This document shows, piece after piece, positions 29,714-40,566 of a stretch of 64,000 nucleotides of DNA (position 1 is the first letter of the stretch; every line of letters starts with the position of its first letter). Below the pieces are notes generated by a model that worked only from the letters and a program-made list of their open reading frames with translations, did not search any database and was not told the DNA's origin. The DNA comes from a virus: IMG/VR virus record IMGVR_UViG_3300050196_000100, positions 8,392 to 72,391 of that record, one strand, 5' to 3'. The position numbers and the translations under genes are program-made.

Positions 29714-31798
29714 GTGTCCATTATTAACGCAGTCCTAGCAAAGACCGACTTAGTTGAACTCGTAGAAGAATACATGGAGCTGAGTCCAACATCGAATCCA
29801 GGGGAATTACGTGGGATATGCCCATTACCGAACCATGCAAATGCATCGAACCCTACGTCATTCGTAGTTATTAACGATGAGTACTACTATTGCCATGGAT
29901 GTGGAAGCCATGGGTCTGCCATACAATTCCATAGTGAAATGGAAGGTCTTGGGTTCTATGGTTCCGTAGAGAAGCTCGCAGAACGTGCTCAGATAAATGT
30001 AGGTGATGACAAGGAATACCAGCAACACAAAGATATTGTAAAGACCAATACTGGTAACATGGTTAAATTCATGGGCAACGTAGATAAAGTAAAGCAACAC
30101 CTTAGAGAAAAGCGATGTTTGTCTGATGAACTCATTGCGAATTACAAGATTGGCTTTGATGAACATGGGACATTCCTTAACAACATCCCTGGTATCATCT
30201 TTCCTATCTTTGATTCCTGGGGGCGATGCAGTGGATTCTCCAAGCGTCGCACAGACAGCGATGTTAAACCAACATACAAAAATAGTTATGCCGATGGTGT
30301 CTTTGAGAAAGGCAAGATACTCTATAATTACCATCGAGTTCGTAAGACGATTCACATTGATAAGACATTGTATATTTGTGAGGGGTTTTACGATGTTGCA
30401 AGCTGTGAAGAACAAGGGCTCAATAGCTGCGGATATCTCTCAGGTGGACTCACTAAGGAACACATCGGCATACTCAAAGATATTGACAAGATGCACAAGG
30501 GAATGACCTTTGTAGCATTGATGGACAATGATAGCACTGGAGTCAAAGAGGTCATCAAACTTAGAGAGAAACTAGAGAAGTACAAGGCTAACCTTAACAT
30601 CAGAGTATTCATATACCCACAAGAAGAATTTATGTTCCCCAATGGTGAAACCAAGAAAGCTAAAGACCCCAATGACCTACATATCCTTTACACCAATGGA
30701 ATTTACAATGTTCGTATCTCCGATCATATAACAAAGCACATTGATATCCATTGTCTCGAAGTAGTCTTAGATAAGTGCAAGGACATCGAGGCTCAGTACC
30801 GCGAAGTTGACTTGTATATGCCGAGTGTCCATAATCCAATGATAAAACTAGACATTGCCAAGATGCTTAGTAAACGATGGGATCAAGAACTCGATGATGT
30901 AACCACGTATCTAAAGATGGCTAAGGTTTCTATGGCTGACAACATCATCAAGGAATTCAAGGATGCTATGACTTGCATCAAAGAGTGCGAAGATATGGTT
31001 ATTAATCACGATGGAATTACCATTGGATACCCTAGCATCGACAAATCGCTGGAGGGTCTACGTAAATCCGATGTTATGTTCATCGCTGCCAGACCATCCG
31101 TAGGCAAAACATTCTTTGCTATGGAGATGGCGTTGCACATGGCTATTCGGCTGAAACTCAATGTACTCTTTTTCAGCCTTGAGATGTCTGCAGCATCATT
31201 GTATGAACGCATTATAGCCAATATATACAAAATGGAAGTCAGAGAATTACGTCGTCGCATCAGAGATAAAAGCTTTGATTATGCTGAGGTATTTACTAAG
31301 ATTCAAAAGTACCTCAAGGTCGTGGATACTCCAGGATTAACCATGGAACAAATCGAGGAGCGCATTGCCATTGCCAACACACATGATGCCTTTGATGGCA
31401 AGGTGGACGTAGTTATCATAGATTATGTACAACTCATAGCTGGTATGGGGGACTTCGCAGAGTTTGAAGCTAAGGTAACTGCGTTTAAACCCATGGCTCG
31501 GAAGTATAATATTGTCCTTATTCCACTGAGTCAAATGAATCGCACTGTGAAATCATGGGAAGAGCCTGATGTTTCACAGATGAAGGGTGGAGGAGCATTA
31601 GAAGCCACTGGCGATATCATACTTCTTCTATGGAAAACTGGGGAGGACACAAAGCTGTCAGAGATTGAGAGGTCTGAACTAGAGAATACTGTGAATTGTA
31701 AGATAGGCAAAGCAAGGCGCGATGCAGGTCAGAAGTTCTTCCAGTTGGAATCTGTAAAAGCAGAGACTACCATTAGAGAGATTAAGAAACTTTCGTAA
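29714..31798 (+). CDS. Primase-helicase fusion (CHC2 Zn finger, TOPRIM, DnaB-like helicase)
   Basis: GICPLPNH...YYCHGC, ICEGFYD, MDND..G, Walker A AARPSVGKT, IDYVQL, SQMNR. Confidence 0.9.
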   Translation: MSIINAVLAKTDLVELVEEYMELSPTSNPGELRGICPLPNHANASNPTSFVVINDEYYYCHGCGSHGSAIQFHSEMEGLGFYGSVEKLAERAQINVGDDKEYQQHKDIVKTNTGNMVKFMGNVDKVKQHLREKRCLSDELIANYKIGFDEHGTFLNNIPGIIFPIFDSWGRCSGFSKRRTDSDVKPTYKNSYADGVFEKGKILYNYHRVRKTIHIDKTLYICEGFYDVASCEEQGLNSCGYLSGGLTKEHIGILKDIDKMHKGMTFVALMDNDSTGVKEVIKLREKLEKYKANLNIRVFIYPQEEFMFPNGETKKAKDPNDLHILYTNGIYNVRISDHITKHIDIHCLEVVLDKCKDIEAQYREVDLYMPSVHNPMIKLDIAKMLSKRWDQELDDVTTYLKMAKVSMADNIIKEFKDAMTCIKECEDMVINHDGITIGYPSIDKSLEGLRKSDVMFIAARPSVGKTFFAMEMALHMAIRLKLNVLFFSLEMSAASLYERIIANIYKMEVRELRRRIRDKSFDYAEVFTKIQKYLKVVDTPGLTMEQIEERIAIANTHDAFDGKVDVVIIDYVQLIAGMGDFAEFEAKVTAFKPMARKYNIVLIPLSQMNRTVKSWEEPDVSQMKGGGALEATGDIILLLWKTGEDTKLSEIERSELENTVNCKIGKARRDAGQKFFQLESVKAETTIREIKKLS

Positions 31799-31816
31799 AC
31801 TCCTCAAATAAACCCT

Positions 31817-31845
31817 TGACACACTTTGTGTCCAGTGGTATACTA
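31817..31845 (+). promoter_or_regulatory. sigmaA promoter containing a perfect GACACA-N3-TGTGTC dyad
   Basis: TTGACA-17-TATACT with TG extension; dyad 31819-31833. Confidence 0.85.
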
Positions 31846-31859
31846 AGGATATCAAGGAG

Positions 31860-33251
31860 GTGAGCACAATGAAATACAACACAGCAACACAGATAGCCGA
31901 AGTAACATACCAACGACTACCCAATGGTGAGCATAAACTCATCAAAGACAGATATGGGAATACCAAGATGACAGCCGAAGATGCTATGAATTCTGACCTT
32001 AGAGCTTGCATTGTCAGCCAAAGACACAAGGTCATCGCAGTAAACCAAGGACTTAAAGAAATGCTGGAGGTAACCAAATAAACGTCGCAGAATTAATCAA
32101 GGAGTTACAGAAGATGCCACAGGATACAGAGGTATCTATAAAATACTATGATCCAGACTGGTGCGTCTATAATATGAGCACTGTAGACATAGTAAGCATT
32201 GAGGATGGTAAGGTGGTCTTAGAAACATTCGAATAATAGGAGGTATAACAATGGAAACAAAGAATCTACAGCAATGCCTAAGTAGCTGTAAGTATCACCT
32301 CGGATACACTGATCAGAATGCGAGTCCAACAAAGTGTGCACAAGTTACTCTTCGTGCAGCCACCGATGAACTCCAAGCCATCCAAAGTTTACTCACAGTC
32401 ATCGAGGACTTCATTGAAACCCATGACTTAGAAATAACCATAGGAAGCCTTATAGCCGATGACTATATTGATGTTCCAAAGCTCATCAAGGACATCTGCG
32501 AGAAGGTTGGGTATTGCAAGGGTGAACTATGAATTCGTTGGACACAAAGTGTGTCAAGGATAAGGAGGAATACGATGAATAAACTATGGAAATTCCACTG
32601 GGACTGCGGTAGAAGCGGTGAAATCGAAGGACTGTTCATAGCAACAGAGGAAGATGTTAAGACTACCATTGGTTGCGAGGTTGACTTTGGAGAATGCCTT
32701 GGCAAACATAGTGAAGTCTATGGAACCATTGATGATGGTGAAATCACTGAAGTCGAAGTGAGCCAAGGGACACTCGATGAATTATACAAGGTGTTCGGTA
32801 GTACAGTCAGTGGTTATAATCCAATGCATTATCTAAGGGAGGATGAGGAATAATGGGCGTTGATTTCTATGCTTGCAAAGAGTGCGGTGAAATATTCCAT
32901 GACTGCGGTGACGAATGGTATATCTGTGAGAATGACCATAGAGTATGCAAGTATTGCCTTGGAGTCGAAGATGGAAAATCCATAGAACAAGACGATAGTG
33001 GTTATGTGAATTCCAAGGATTGCCCAGTATGCCAAGAAGATGCAGAGATTAAAGCCAAGAAACCCAAAGTTAACATTGTGCCAACATGGCTACTCGTAAG
33101 GGATGACAGTGGAATAATCATTGGTCACTATGATAATCTTAGTGGTGCTAGGAAACGTAGGACAGCATTGAAGAATCTCAGTGGAAGTTGCCATAGACCA
33201 ACAACGATTGTCAAGGTATCTGCAGTGGAAGGTTGTGAATATCCTGAGTAG
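31860..33251 (+). CDS. Cluster of small hypothetical ORFs (incl. Zn-finger protein 32853-33251)
   Basis: Co-directional ORFs with GGAGG RBSs downstream of the promoter at 31817. Confidence 0.5.
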
Positions 33252-33299
33252 GCTTGCTATACCTAGTGGTATTCAATAATGTAACGAAGGAGTGCTTGG

Positions 33300-33932
33300 A
33301 TGAAACAATGTGAAGTGTGCGGTAGTACAGAGGGACAAGTCAGTCTAAGTAGAAAGCATAAAATGGTTCTTTGTTGTAAGCATATGCATCAGATGAATAG
33401 ATATGGAGAAATACAAGAAAGGACAAGATACGATCCAAATGAAATTGTAGTGTATGATGAATATGCTGAAATAGTATTGTACGATATAAAACAAAAGGAA
33501 TGTGGTAGAGCATTAATTGACATTGATGACATACCTATGGCAAAAAAACATAAGTGGAGCATTGATGGCAGAGGATACGTGACCACAAGCGAGTATCCAT
33601 ATACACTACATAGGTTTGTCATGGGTGATCCCAAGGGATTAGAGGTTGACCATGTATTCCATAACCTTTTTGATAATCGCAAGTCACAGCTTAGAGTTGC
33701 AACGAGGTCGCAGAACAACATGAATCACGGTTTATCATCGCACAATACCTCTGGATATAAAGGAATATCATATAGGAAAGCATCAGGCACATGGGAAGTT
33801 TATATTCATCAGTTTGGCAAGAAGGTAAGTCTTGGAGATTACAAAGATATCAATAATGCATTAGCTAGACGTAAAGAAGCAGAGGAAATATACTTCGGAG
33901 ACTACGCTGACAAGCGAGGTATCGCCGTATGA
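33300..33932 (+). CDS. HNH-AP2 homing endonuclease
   Basis: LHRFVMG...EVDHVFHNLFDNRKSQLR, NTSGYKGI, LGDYKD...A...R..AE..YFG. Confidence 0.85.
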   Translation: MKQCEVCGSTEGQVSLSRKHKMVLCCKHMHQMNRYGEIQERTRYDPNEIVVYDEYAEIVLYDIKQKECGRALIDIDDIPMAKKHKWSIDGRGYVTTSEYPYTLHRFVMGDPKGLEVDHVFHNLFDNRKSQLRVATRSQNNMNHGLSSHNTSGYKGISYRKASGTWEVYIHQFGKKVSLGDYKDINNALARRKEAEEIYFGDYADKRGIAV

Positions 33933-34723
33933 GTACACTGCACATCCTTGTAGATATGGATATTATAGTATTCCGCAGCTCTCTCATAGGCGAAACATCG
34001 ACAAATTGGGGAGAAGGCGTAGTAACTATAGAGCTAAACATTGAAAAATCTAATAGTTATATGGACAGCACTGTAAAATCCATAGTGTCCAAAGTGCTAA
34101 AACATATGAATCCCAAGGAATATGATGTAATATGTTGTCTTAGTGATAAGACTAACTTCCGCAAGCAAATATATGATCAGTATAAAGCAAATAGAACAAA
34201 GCCAAAACCTCAGCTATATCCGCAAGTCCGCAAGTATGCAGAGGAAAACTATAGTTGTATCTGCTGGAAAAACCTTGAAGCAGATGATCAGATTTCTATC
34301 CTGGCAACCTCTTTGGAGTCTTGTGTAATTTGTAGTATTGACAAAGACTTCTTGACGACTCCTTGTACTACGATATTTAGCTTCGACAAAGAGGAATTCA
34401 TTGAAACAACAAAGGAATCAGCAATGTATTCATTCTATTATCAGTGTTTACTCGGTGATAGTGTCGATAATGTTCCAGGAGCCAAGGGAATCGGTAAAGT
34501 CAAAGCAGCTAAGGCACTAGCGGAGGAATGCTCATGGGAACAGGTAGTTCGCATCTATGAATCCAAAGGTCAGACAGAGGAAAATGCTTTGTTAAATGCT
34601 AGGCTAGTCAGGATATTACATGCATCAGACTGGGACGCAGAACTCCAACAGCCAATCCTATGGCAACCACCGTCTAACTATGAAAACAATGGACACAATG
34701 CGTGTCAAGGGGAGGTACTATGA
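33929..34723 (+). CDS. 5'-3' exonuclease (T7 gp6/FEN-like)
   Basis: LVDMD, NFRK.IY..YKANR, LEADD, SIDKD, GDSVDNVPG.KGIG. Confidence 0.9.
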   Translation: MSTLHILVDMDIIVFRSSLIGETSTNWGEGVVTIELNIEKSNSYMDSTVKSIVSKVLKHMNPKEYDVICCLSDKTNFRKQIYDQYKANRTKPKPQLYPQVRKYAEENYSCICWKNLEADDQISILATSLESCVICSIDKDFLTTPCTTIFSFDKEEFIETTKESAMYSFYYQCLLGDSVDNVPGAKGIGKVKAAKALAEECSWEQVVRIYESKGQTEENALLNARLVRILHASDWDAELQQPILWQPPSNYENNGHNACQGEVL

Positions 34724-35331
34724 ACTATCTTATATGTGGTTCTTCAGGCTCGGGCAAGGATGTAGTGGCATCATTGATCCAAGGACAACGCATTGCCTTC
34801 GCAGATGATCTAAAGCTGGTCACGAGGCTCCTCCGCATCCACGACATCAATGGTGCCCAATGCTTCTTAGAATATCTCTTTGGTGACTACGCTCCACAGA
34901 ATATCCGAGGACATCTCCTTCGTTTCGAAGGCATACCAGTGGAGGACGGCAAGGATCGCAGGATTCTCCAAGAGGTAGGCACATGGGCACGAAGTATTCA
35001 CAGTGACATTTGGATTAACGCTGTAAAAGATAAGGTTGCCCGTAGCACCACCTCGGTCATCATAACAGACTGCAGATACATCAGAGAATTACAGTCCTTC
35101 CCAGACTTTTACCCAATATTCGTCGAATGCCCAGAGGATGTCAGAAAACAACGACTATCGCAGAGGGACGGTGGGTACTCAGAAGCATCACTGACTCACA
35201 CTGCGGAATCAGAGGTGAGGTTATTGAAGAGCCTATGCAAATCCACGATAGTCAATGATGGCACTATGGATGACCTACGGAGAAACGTTGAGTCCGTCCT
35301 CGCATGGGTGGAGTTTACTAGGAATGACTAA
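34720..35331 (+). CDS. Deoxynucleoside monophosphate kinase
   Basis: GSSGSGKD P-loop, AFADDLK, R.ILQEVGTWAR, ITDCRY, H..E. Confidence 0.8.
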   Translation: MNYLICGSSGSGKDVVASLIQGQRIAFADDLKLVTRLLRIHDINGAQCFLEYLFGDYAPQNIRGHLLRFEGIPVEDGKDRRILQEVGTWARSIHSDIWINAVKDKVARSTTSVIITDCRYIRELQSFPDFYPIFVECPEDVRKQRLSQRDGGYSEASLTHTAESEVRLLKSLCKSTIVNDGTMDDLRRNVESVLAWVEFTRND

Positions 35332-35340
35332 GGGTTAACT

Positions 35341-36814
35341 ATGACCAACATGGACACAACCTGTGTCAACAAAGAAATTCACTACGTTCAAGGAGGAATA
35401 CATATGAGGTTCAAAGCAGGTCAAAGAGTAATCGCAATAAATAACGGTATTGACTATGGTCGCCATACAAGAACCATAGGGTACTCCGTCAGCAAAGAAT
35501 GTCATAATTATGCCAAAGGATGGCAAGGGATCGTGACCAGCGAGGGCAACAACATGATAAACTTTGATAACGGCAGAATAATCAAAGGATGCGATGGTGA
35601 TAGCTTTGAGGAGGTAACAATGGAAACTAAGAAATTTAACATCGGCGATGAGGTCAAGGTGGTCAAGATACGCCAAGGTGCATCCGAGGATAAGCGTGAA
35701 TTCATTGGTAAAACGGGTATCATCAATGTTGACGATGGTACTAACCATCCCTTTAAAATCAATAGTATAACTAATGACTTCTGGTGGGAGTCGGAGGAAC
35801 TTGAGCTAGTCACCGAAGTAACTATGACACTCAAAGAGGCACAAAAGGCAGCCATTGATGGTGCTAAGGTGTGCGTGATACCAGAGATTGCTGGGGTTGA
35901 ACAATACCTATTCTTTGATGGCAAAGATTTCAAATACAGTCATCAAGGAGTCATTAGTCCAGTCAAGGAAGTATTTGGTTTCAGTCGATGGAAGCTATAT
36001 GTTGAACCTGAGGCACCACCTAGATTTACTGTGAATACTCTAGTCTACAACACTGACGGAACCATCGGCAAAGTCATGGAGGACAAAGGAGTGTACAAAG
36101 GTGTGCGTAAGTATGTCGTTAAATTCAATGCTGTCAGAGAGACACTAAAGAACGTTGATGAATCTGAATTAACTGAGTATTGCCTATGAGCCTCGATAGA
36201 TTTTCAGAAGGTATTGAGGACATCCAAGATAATGACTATGGTTATTGCGTAAACTGCGGAGAGGGCATTAGTGAGTATTCTCAGTCTGTCACAGGATGTT
36301 GTGAAGAATGCATGGATGATGATGATATGCGAGATGAAACGGAGGATGAACAAATGAAAGCGAAGATGACAACGAATAGCAAGGGTAAACCACGGGTCAA
36401 AGTATCGATGACAGTCAAGGAATCAGAGCTTATCATGGACTTGCTAGGTTCCATCTCTGGTGGGTACGATGATACTCCTTTGAGATTCCACAGCCCCTTT
36501 GACAATCCCATTAGAGAAGTCAGAGATACATCAGATAATCTATATTATGCATTGAGAGATAAGGAGGAATGTCAATGAACATCAGAGTTAAAACCATAGC
36601 ACCAAAGGAAGCCACAGTGAGTATTTCATTGGATGCATTGAGTGCCGAGGTCGTAGGGCTATTCTTCGGCAAGGCAGTGGACGTGTTGGATATGTCAAGA
36701 GCTACCGAGGAAATATTCAATGACATCTATGAAGAAGGCATGGAATTGACAGTGGTGGACATAGAGGAAACATTGGCTGCGGTGATTTCAGCATTGAGAG
36801 GTGGAGTAGCATAG
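35341..36814 (+). CDS. Hypothetical proteins, several with small SH3/KOW-like repeats
   Basis: 35341-36189 (KF..GD.V repeats), 36180-36578, 36569-36814. Confidence 0.5.
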
Positions 36815-37281
36815 TCGCAAAGAAAACACCGAAACCCAAGAAGACAAAGTTCGCCAGAGGACAACGCAGTATCAAGTGTGAATACCAAGGCATTAAGTTC
36901 GACAGCGAACTTGAACGTGACTGTTACATTGAACTTCAGCGTCGCATGGCAACAGGGGAATTCATTGAGCTAACCCTGCAACCTAAGTTAATCTTGCAGC
37001 CCAAGTTCAAACGCGATGGTAAAACAGTGCTACCAGTGACTTATACCCCAGACTTCCTCACGATAGACAAAGATGGGACTAAGGTGTACTGGGATGCCAA
37101 GGGACAGAGTACTCAACAAGGCGATCTGCGGAGGAAACTGTATCTCTATAAGTATCCAGAGGAGTTGCGATGGGTCACAAAGAGTCTAAAGTATGCTGTG
37201 GATGGCAACCCATGGGTTTCTTACGACTACCTTCAAAAATGCCGTAGAGACGCCAAGAAGAAATCTAAGGAGAGTGCATAG
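36811..37281 (+). CDS. DUF1064-like PD-(D/E)xK endonuclease (possible Holliday-junction resolvase)
   Basis: GIKFDSELE..Y.EL lies upstream of the annotated ATG 36946, followed by LQPKF, TYTPDF, DAKG and KL..YKYP; start inferred at ATA 36811. Confidence 0.75.
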   Translation: MVAKKTPKPKKTKFARGQRSIKCEYQGIKFDSELERDCYIELQRRMATGEFIELTLQPKLILQPKFKRDGKTVLPVTYTPDFLTIDKDGTKVYWDAKGQSTQQGDLRRKLYLYKYPEELRWVTKSLKYAVDGNPWVSYDYLQKCRRDAKKKSKESA

Positions 37282-37283
37282 AA

Positions 37284-38092
37284 ATGTCAAAGTTCAACAT
37301 AAATTCCAAAGTAGTCGTCAGAGATGGCAGTGAGAACGATGGTCGCACAGGAGTTATCATAGACACAGCAGTGTATTACTCATGGAGAATTCGGTACGAT
37401 GACTTTGGCAATACAGAGAATTTCCATGAGAAAGACCTTGAATTAGTCCCAGACAAGCAATGGTTAACCTACGAACAGGCGATGTTACTCTGCATCCAAG
37501 GAACTCCTGTGCAGCACGAAGGGCAGCCTAAAGATAACCATATTGAATTTAACGGTAGTTCCTTTGTAGGTCAAGATGAACGCGGTAGCACTTGGACATC
37601 ATACGTACAAAACTGCAAGGGTAGTCGCTGGAAGGTCTACGAAGCCCCTGTGTCTGAACCAAAGTTCCCCAATGGAACCTTTGTCTGCGAAGTTGCCGAT
37701 GGTGATTACTGGAGAGTCCTAGCATCTGAGTATGTCGGTGGTCAATGGAAGTACTTTGTGACTAACAACGAGAAGGACAATGATGTCGAGGATGCATATG
37801 AATTATCTGAGCCCAGCCTAACTATGCCCAAGTTGGACACAAGTTGTGTCAAAGGAGGTAACTAAGTATGACACAGGAGCATGAGATTCTATTGACGCTA
37901 AAGGCAATCCAGGGACACAAGAAAAGACCGAGGGATTTGACAATGGTGACCTTTAGTCGCATCAGAGGCTATCTATGGCGACATGGTTGGGTGTCAAGGA
38001 GTGTCGTGGGTGGTGCCTATGGTGTTAATGAACGCGGTGAGAGGTTGCTAGGCAGGCTAGAGAAGATCGAAGTGAAAGGCGAGGTGGTTTAA
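37284..38092 (+). CDS. Two hypothetical proteins (37284-37865, 37868-38092)
   Basis: ORF track; motif copy 37836 lies in the 3' end of the first. Confidence 0.5.
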
Positions 38093-40323
38093 TGAGTAAT
38101 ACAAACATCAATGGCAACTGGTGGCAGACAGAGGTTGGTCATGGGGTAATATCTAAGAAGTACTTCCACGAAGGCGAAGGGTTTGACCAAATGATTACTA
38201 GGGTAGCTGAGATTACCAAAGTTCCTGTCATGGAGTCCTACCTAAGAAACGCTGATTTCTTCCCTGCAGGTAGATCCATTGTTGGTGCAGGGTTAAAGGG
38301 CAAGAAGAAAGTCAGCACATCCAACTGCTATGTAATAAACACTCCCATAGATACCTTGGATTCCATATACAACACATGCAAAGACGCAGCTATCATCGGT
38401 AGTCTAGGCGGTGGCGTTGGAGTAGCATTGGATAACATTAGACCCAAAGGAGCCATTATTAATAACTCTGCAAAATACAGTAGTGGCGTAGAGTTTGTCA
38501 TGAATCTATTGAATGAAACAGGTCAGAACATAGGACAGTCTGGGCGCAACATGGCAATTATGGTTATGCTGAGTTGTGATCACCCTGACATCATTGAGTT
38601 CTTAGAAATCAAACATAGAGGGAACAAGCTGGATTCTATGAACATCTCTATAAAATTCACAGATGAATTCATGGTAGCGGTCAAGGATGGCAGTGATTAT
38701 ACTCTGAGTTTTATAGTAGATTCTACAGGGGAAGTCATTGAAAAGACTATAAATGCCAAAGACTTCTTTGTTAAATTCTGCGAATGCCAATATGACTGGG
38801 GTGATCCTGGAGGATGCTTTATTGACCGAGTACGTCAGAATCATCTCCTAAGTGGATATAAAGAATATACCATAGATGCCAGTAATCCATGTTCGGAATT
38901 CTTTGGAAATAATGGAAATGCATGTAATCTCGCAAGCATTAACCTGTATAACATAGTATCTAGTCCATTCACAGACAATGCCAGTATTAACTATGATAAA
39001 CTCAAGCAACTTACTGAGGATGGCATTGTTGCACTGAATAACATACTTGACTATGGTTACGATATGCAGCCCTTAGACATCAACCGAAGTTGCATAGATG
39101 ACTGGAGAAGCATTGGACTAGGTATCTTTGGAGTCGCTGATATGTTAGTGGCAATGAGTCTTAGATACGGCAGTGATAATGCCAACGGATTGCTAGAGGA
39201 AATCATGCACACCATCCTTGTTACATCATTGGAAACATCGTGTGACCTTGCAAAGCAGTACGGCACCTTTGGCAAGTACCAATGGGAGTCTACAAAGAAC
39301 TCTAGCATTATAAAGATGCTCGAAGGAACCCCAGTGTATAACAATATTAAAGCCCATGGACTACGCAATGGCACACTACTTAGCATAGCACCTGCTGGAA
39401 CCATCAGTACAATGTGTGGCATATCCAATGGTTGTGAACCACTATTCGCAGTGTCTTATGAAAGAACCACGCATTCCTTAGAAAAGCAAGGTAAATACTT
39501 CAAAGTCTATGCTAAGTCAGTGGAAGACCTATTAAAGTACCATAGCATAAGCCAAGATGTTATTACTACAGAGGGTATCAAGTCACTCTTCCCGTTTGTC
39601 GTAGAATCCAATGACATCACTCCGCAAGACAGGGTTATAACCCAAGCAGTTCTTCAACAATACGTTGATAATGCTATATCTTCTACAGTCAATCTCAAGG
39701 AGTCAGCGACAGTTCAGGACATCTTTGATACCTACGTTCTCGCATGGGAATTAGGACTCAAAGGAATTACAGTGTTTAGAACAGGGTGTAAACGTGGCTC
39801 TATCTTAGGTGGCAAGGAAGCCCCTGTTATCCCTAAGCTAAACCACATCGTCCCACTGAAGCGAAAGACCATCGGCACAACCAGTGGAGTGACTATGGTG
39901 AAACACACAGCATGTGCAAAGAACATGTATATCACTGTGAACTCGCAAGACGGCAATGTCATCGAGGTTTTCACCAATACTAACCAAGGATGCTCTAGTA
40001 ACATTGGAACCATTACGCGCATGGCATCATTGGCACTAAGATCAGGAGTCAAGGTAGACGAGGTAACCAAGGAATTACGGAGTAACACATGTTCAGCCTG
40101 CACTGTCTTAAAGTCCAAGGGTTCCAAAGGTATATCGATATCCTGTGGTGCTGCGATTGCCGAGACTATTGACGAGGTATACCTAAAGACTCCATCGGTA
40201 ACAGAGTGTTACACAGAAGAATCCATAGAGTTTAACCCATGCCCATCCTGCGGAGAATTAACGATGCCCAAGAGTGCGAAGTGTCCAACGTGCTCATCCT
40301 GTGGTTTTTCAAACTGCGACTAA
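38092..40323 (+). CDS. nrdJ: Class II (B12-dependent) ribonucleotide reductase with C-terminal TSCPD/Zn-ribbon
   Basis: FFPAGR, TSNCYV, GGGVG, SNPCSE, CNLASINL, RSIGLGIFG, SIAPAGTIS, VDNAISSTVNL, KGITVFR. Confidence 0.92.
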   Translation: MSNTNINGNWWQTEVGHGVISKKYFHEGEGFDQMITRVAEITKVPVMESYLRNADFFPAGRSIVGAGLKGKKKVSTSNCYVINTPIDTLDSIYNTCKDAAIIGSLGGGVGVALDNIRPKGAIINNSAKYSSGVEFVMNLLNETGQNIGQSGRNMAIMVMLSCDHPDIIEFLEIKHRGNKLDSMNISIKFTDEFMVAVKDGSDYTLSFIVDSTGEVIEKTINAKDFFVKFCECQYDWGDPGGCFIDRVRQNHLLSGYKEYTIDASNPCSEFFGNNGNACNLASINLYNIVSSPFTDNASINYDKLKQLTEDGIVALNNILDYGYDMQPLDINRSCIDDWRSIGLGIFGVADMLVAMSLRYGSDNANGLLEEIMHTILVTSLETSCDLAKQYGTFGKYQWESTKNSSIIKMLEGTPVYNNIKAHGLRNGTLLSIAPAGTISTMCGISNGCEPLFAVSYERTTHSLEKQGKYFKVYAKSVEDLLKYHSISQDVITTEGIKSLFPFVVESNDITPQDRVITQAVLQQYVDNAISSTVNLKESATVQDIFDTYVLAWELGLKGITVFRTGCKRGSILGGKEAPVIPKLNHIVPLKRKTIGTTSGVTMVKHTACAKNMYITVNSQDGNVIEVFTNTNQGCSSNIGTITRMASLALRSGVKVDEVTKELRSNTCSACTVLKSKGSKGISISCGAAIAETIDEVYLKTPSVTECYTEESIEFNPCPSCGELTMPKSAKCPTCSSCGFSNCD

Positions 40324-40550
40324 GGAGGTAACTAATGAACACTATATGGAATAACCCAGTAACCACTGCCATAACAGCATTCATCGTAGCCCTAGCAATC
40401 ACTACAGTATACATCGTATCACTAGGAGGTAACCTATGAACTTCTATGAATTCGCCAGTGGGTCGCCGTTCCTCACGTTCTTCCTAGCACTCATAGTATG
40501 TGACTTAGTGGTCGGTGTAGCCCGTGCGGTATTCAGTAGGTAACATAGAA

Positions 40551-40566
40551 TGTTTCACGTGAAACA
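40551..40566. promoter_or_regulatory. parS (ParB/Spo0J binding site)
   Basis: TGTTTCACGTGAAACA, a perfect palindrome matching the Firmicutes parS consensus TGTTNCACGTGAAACA; intergenic. Confidence 0.8.

Noticed and set aside
34672-37850. Main motif as integron attC sites (GTCTAAC/GCCTAAC ... GTTGGAC resemble RYYYAAC/GTTRRRY)
   Set aside because: GTT is absent from most copies, the spacing does not fit L/R boxes, there is no long attC hairpin, and the integrase is a phage type with an arm-binding domain. Cassette-like behaviour by another mechanism remains open.
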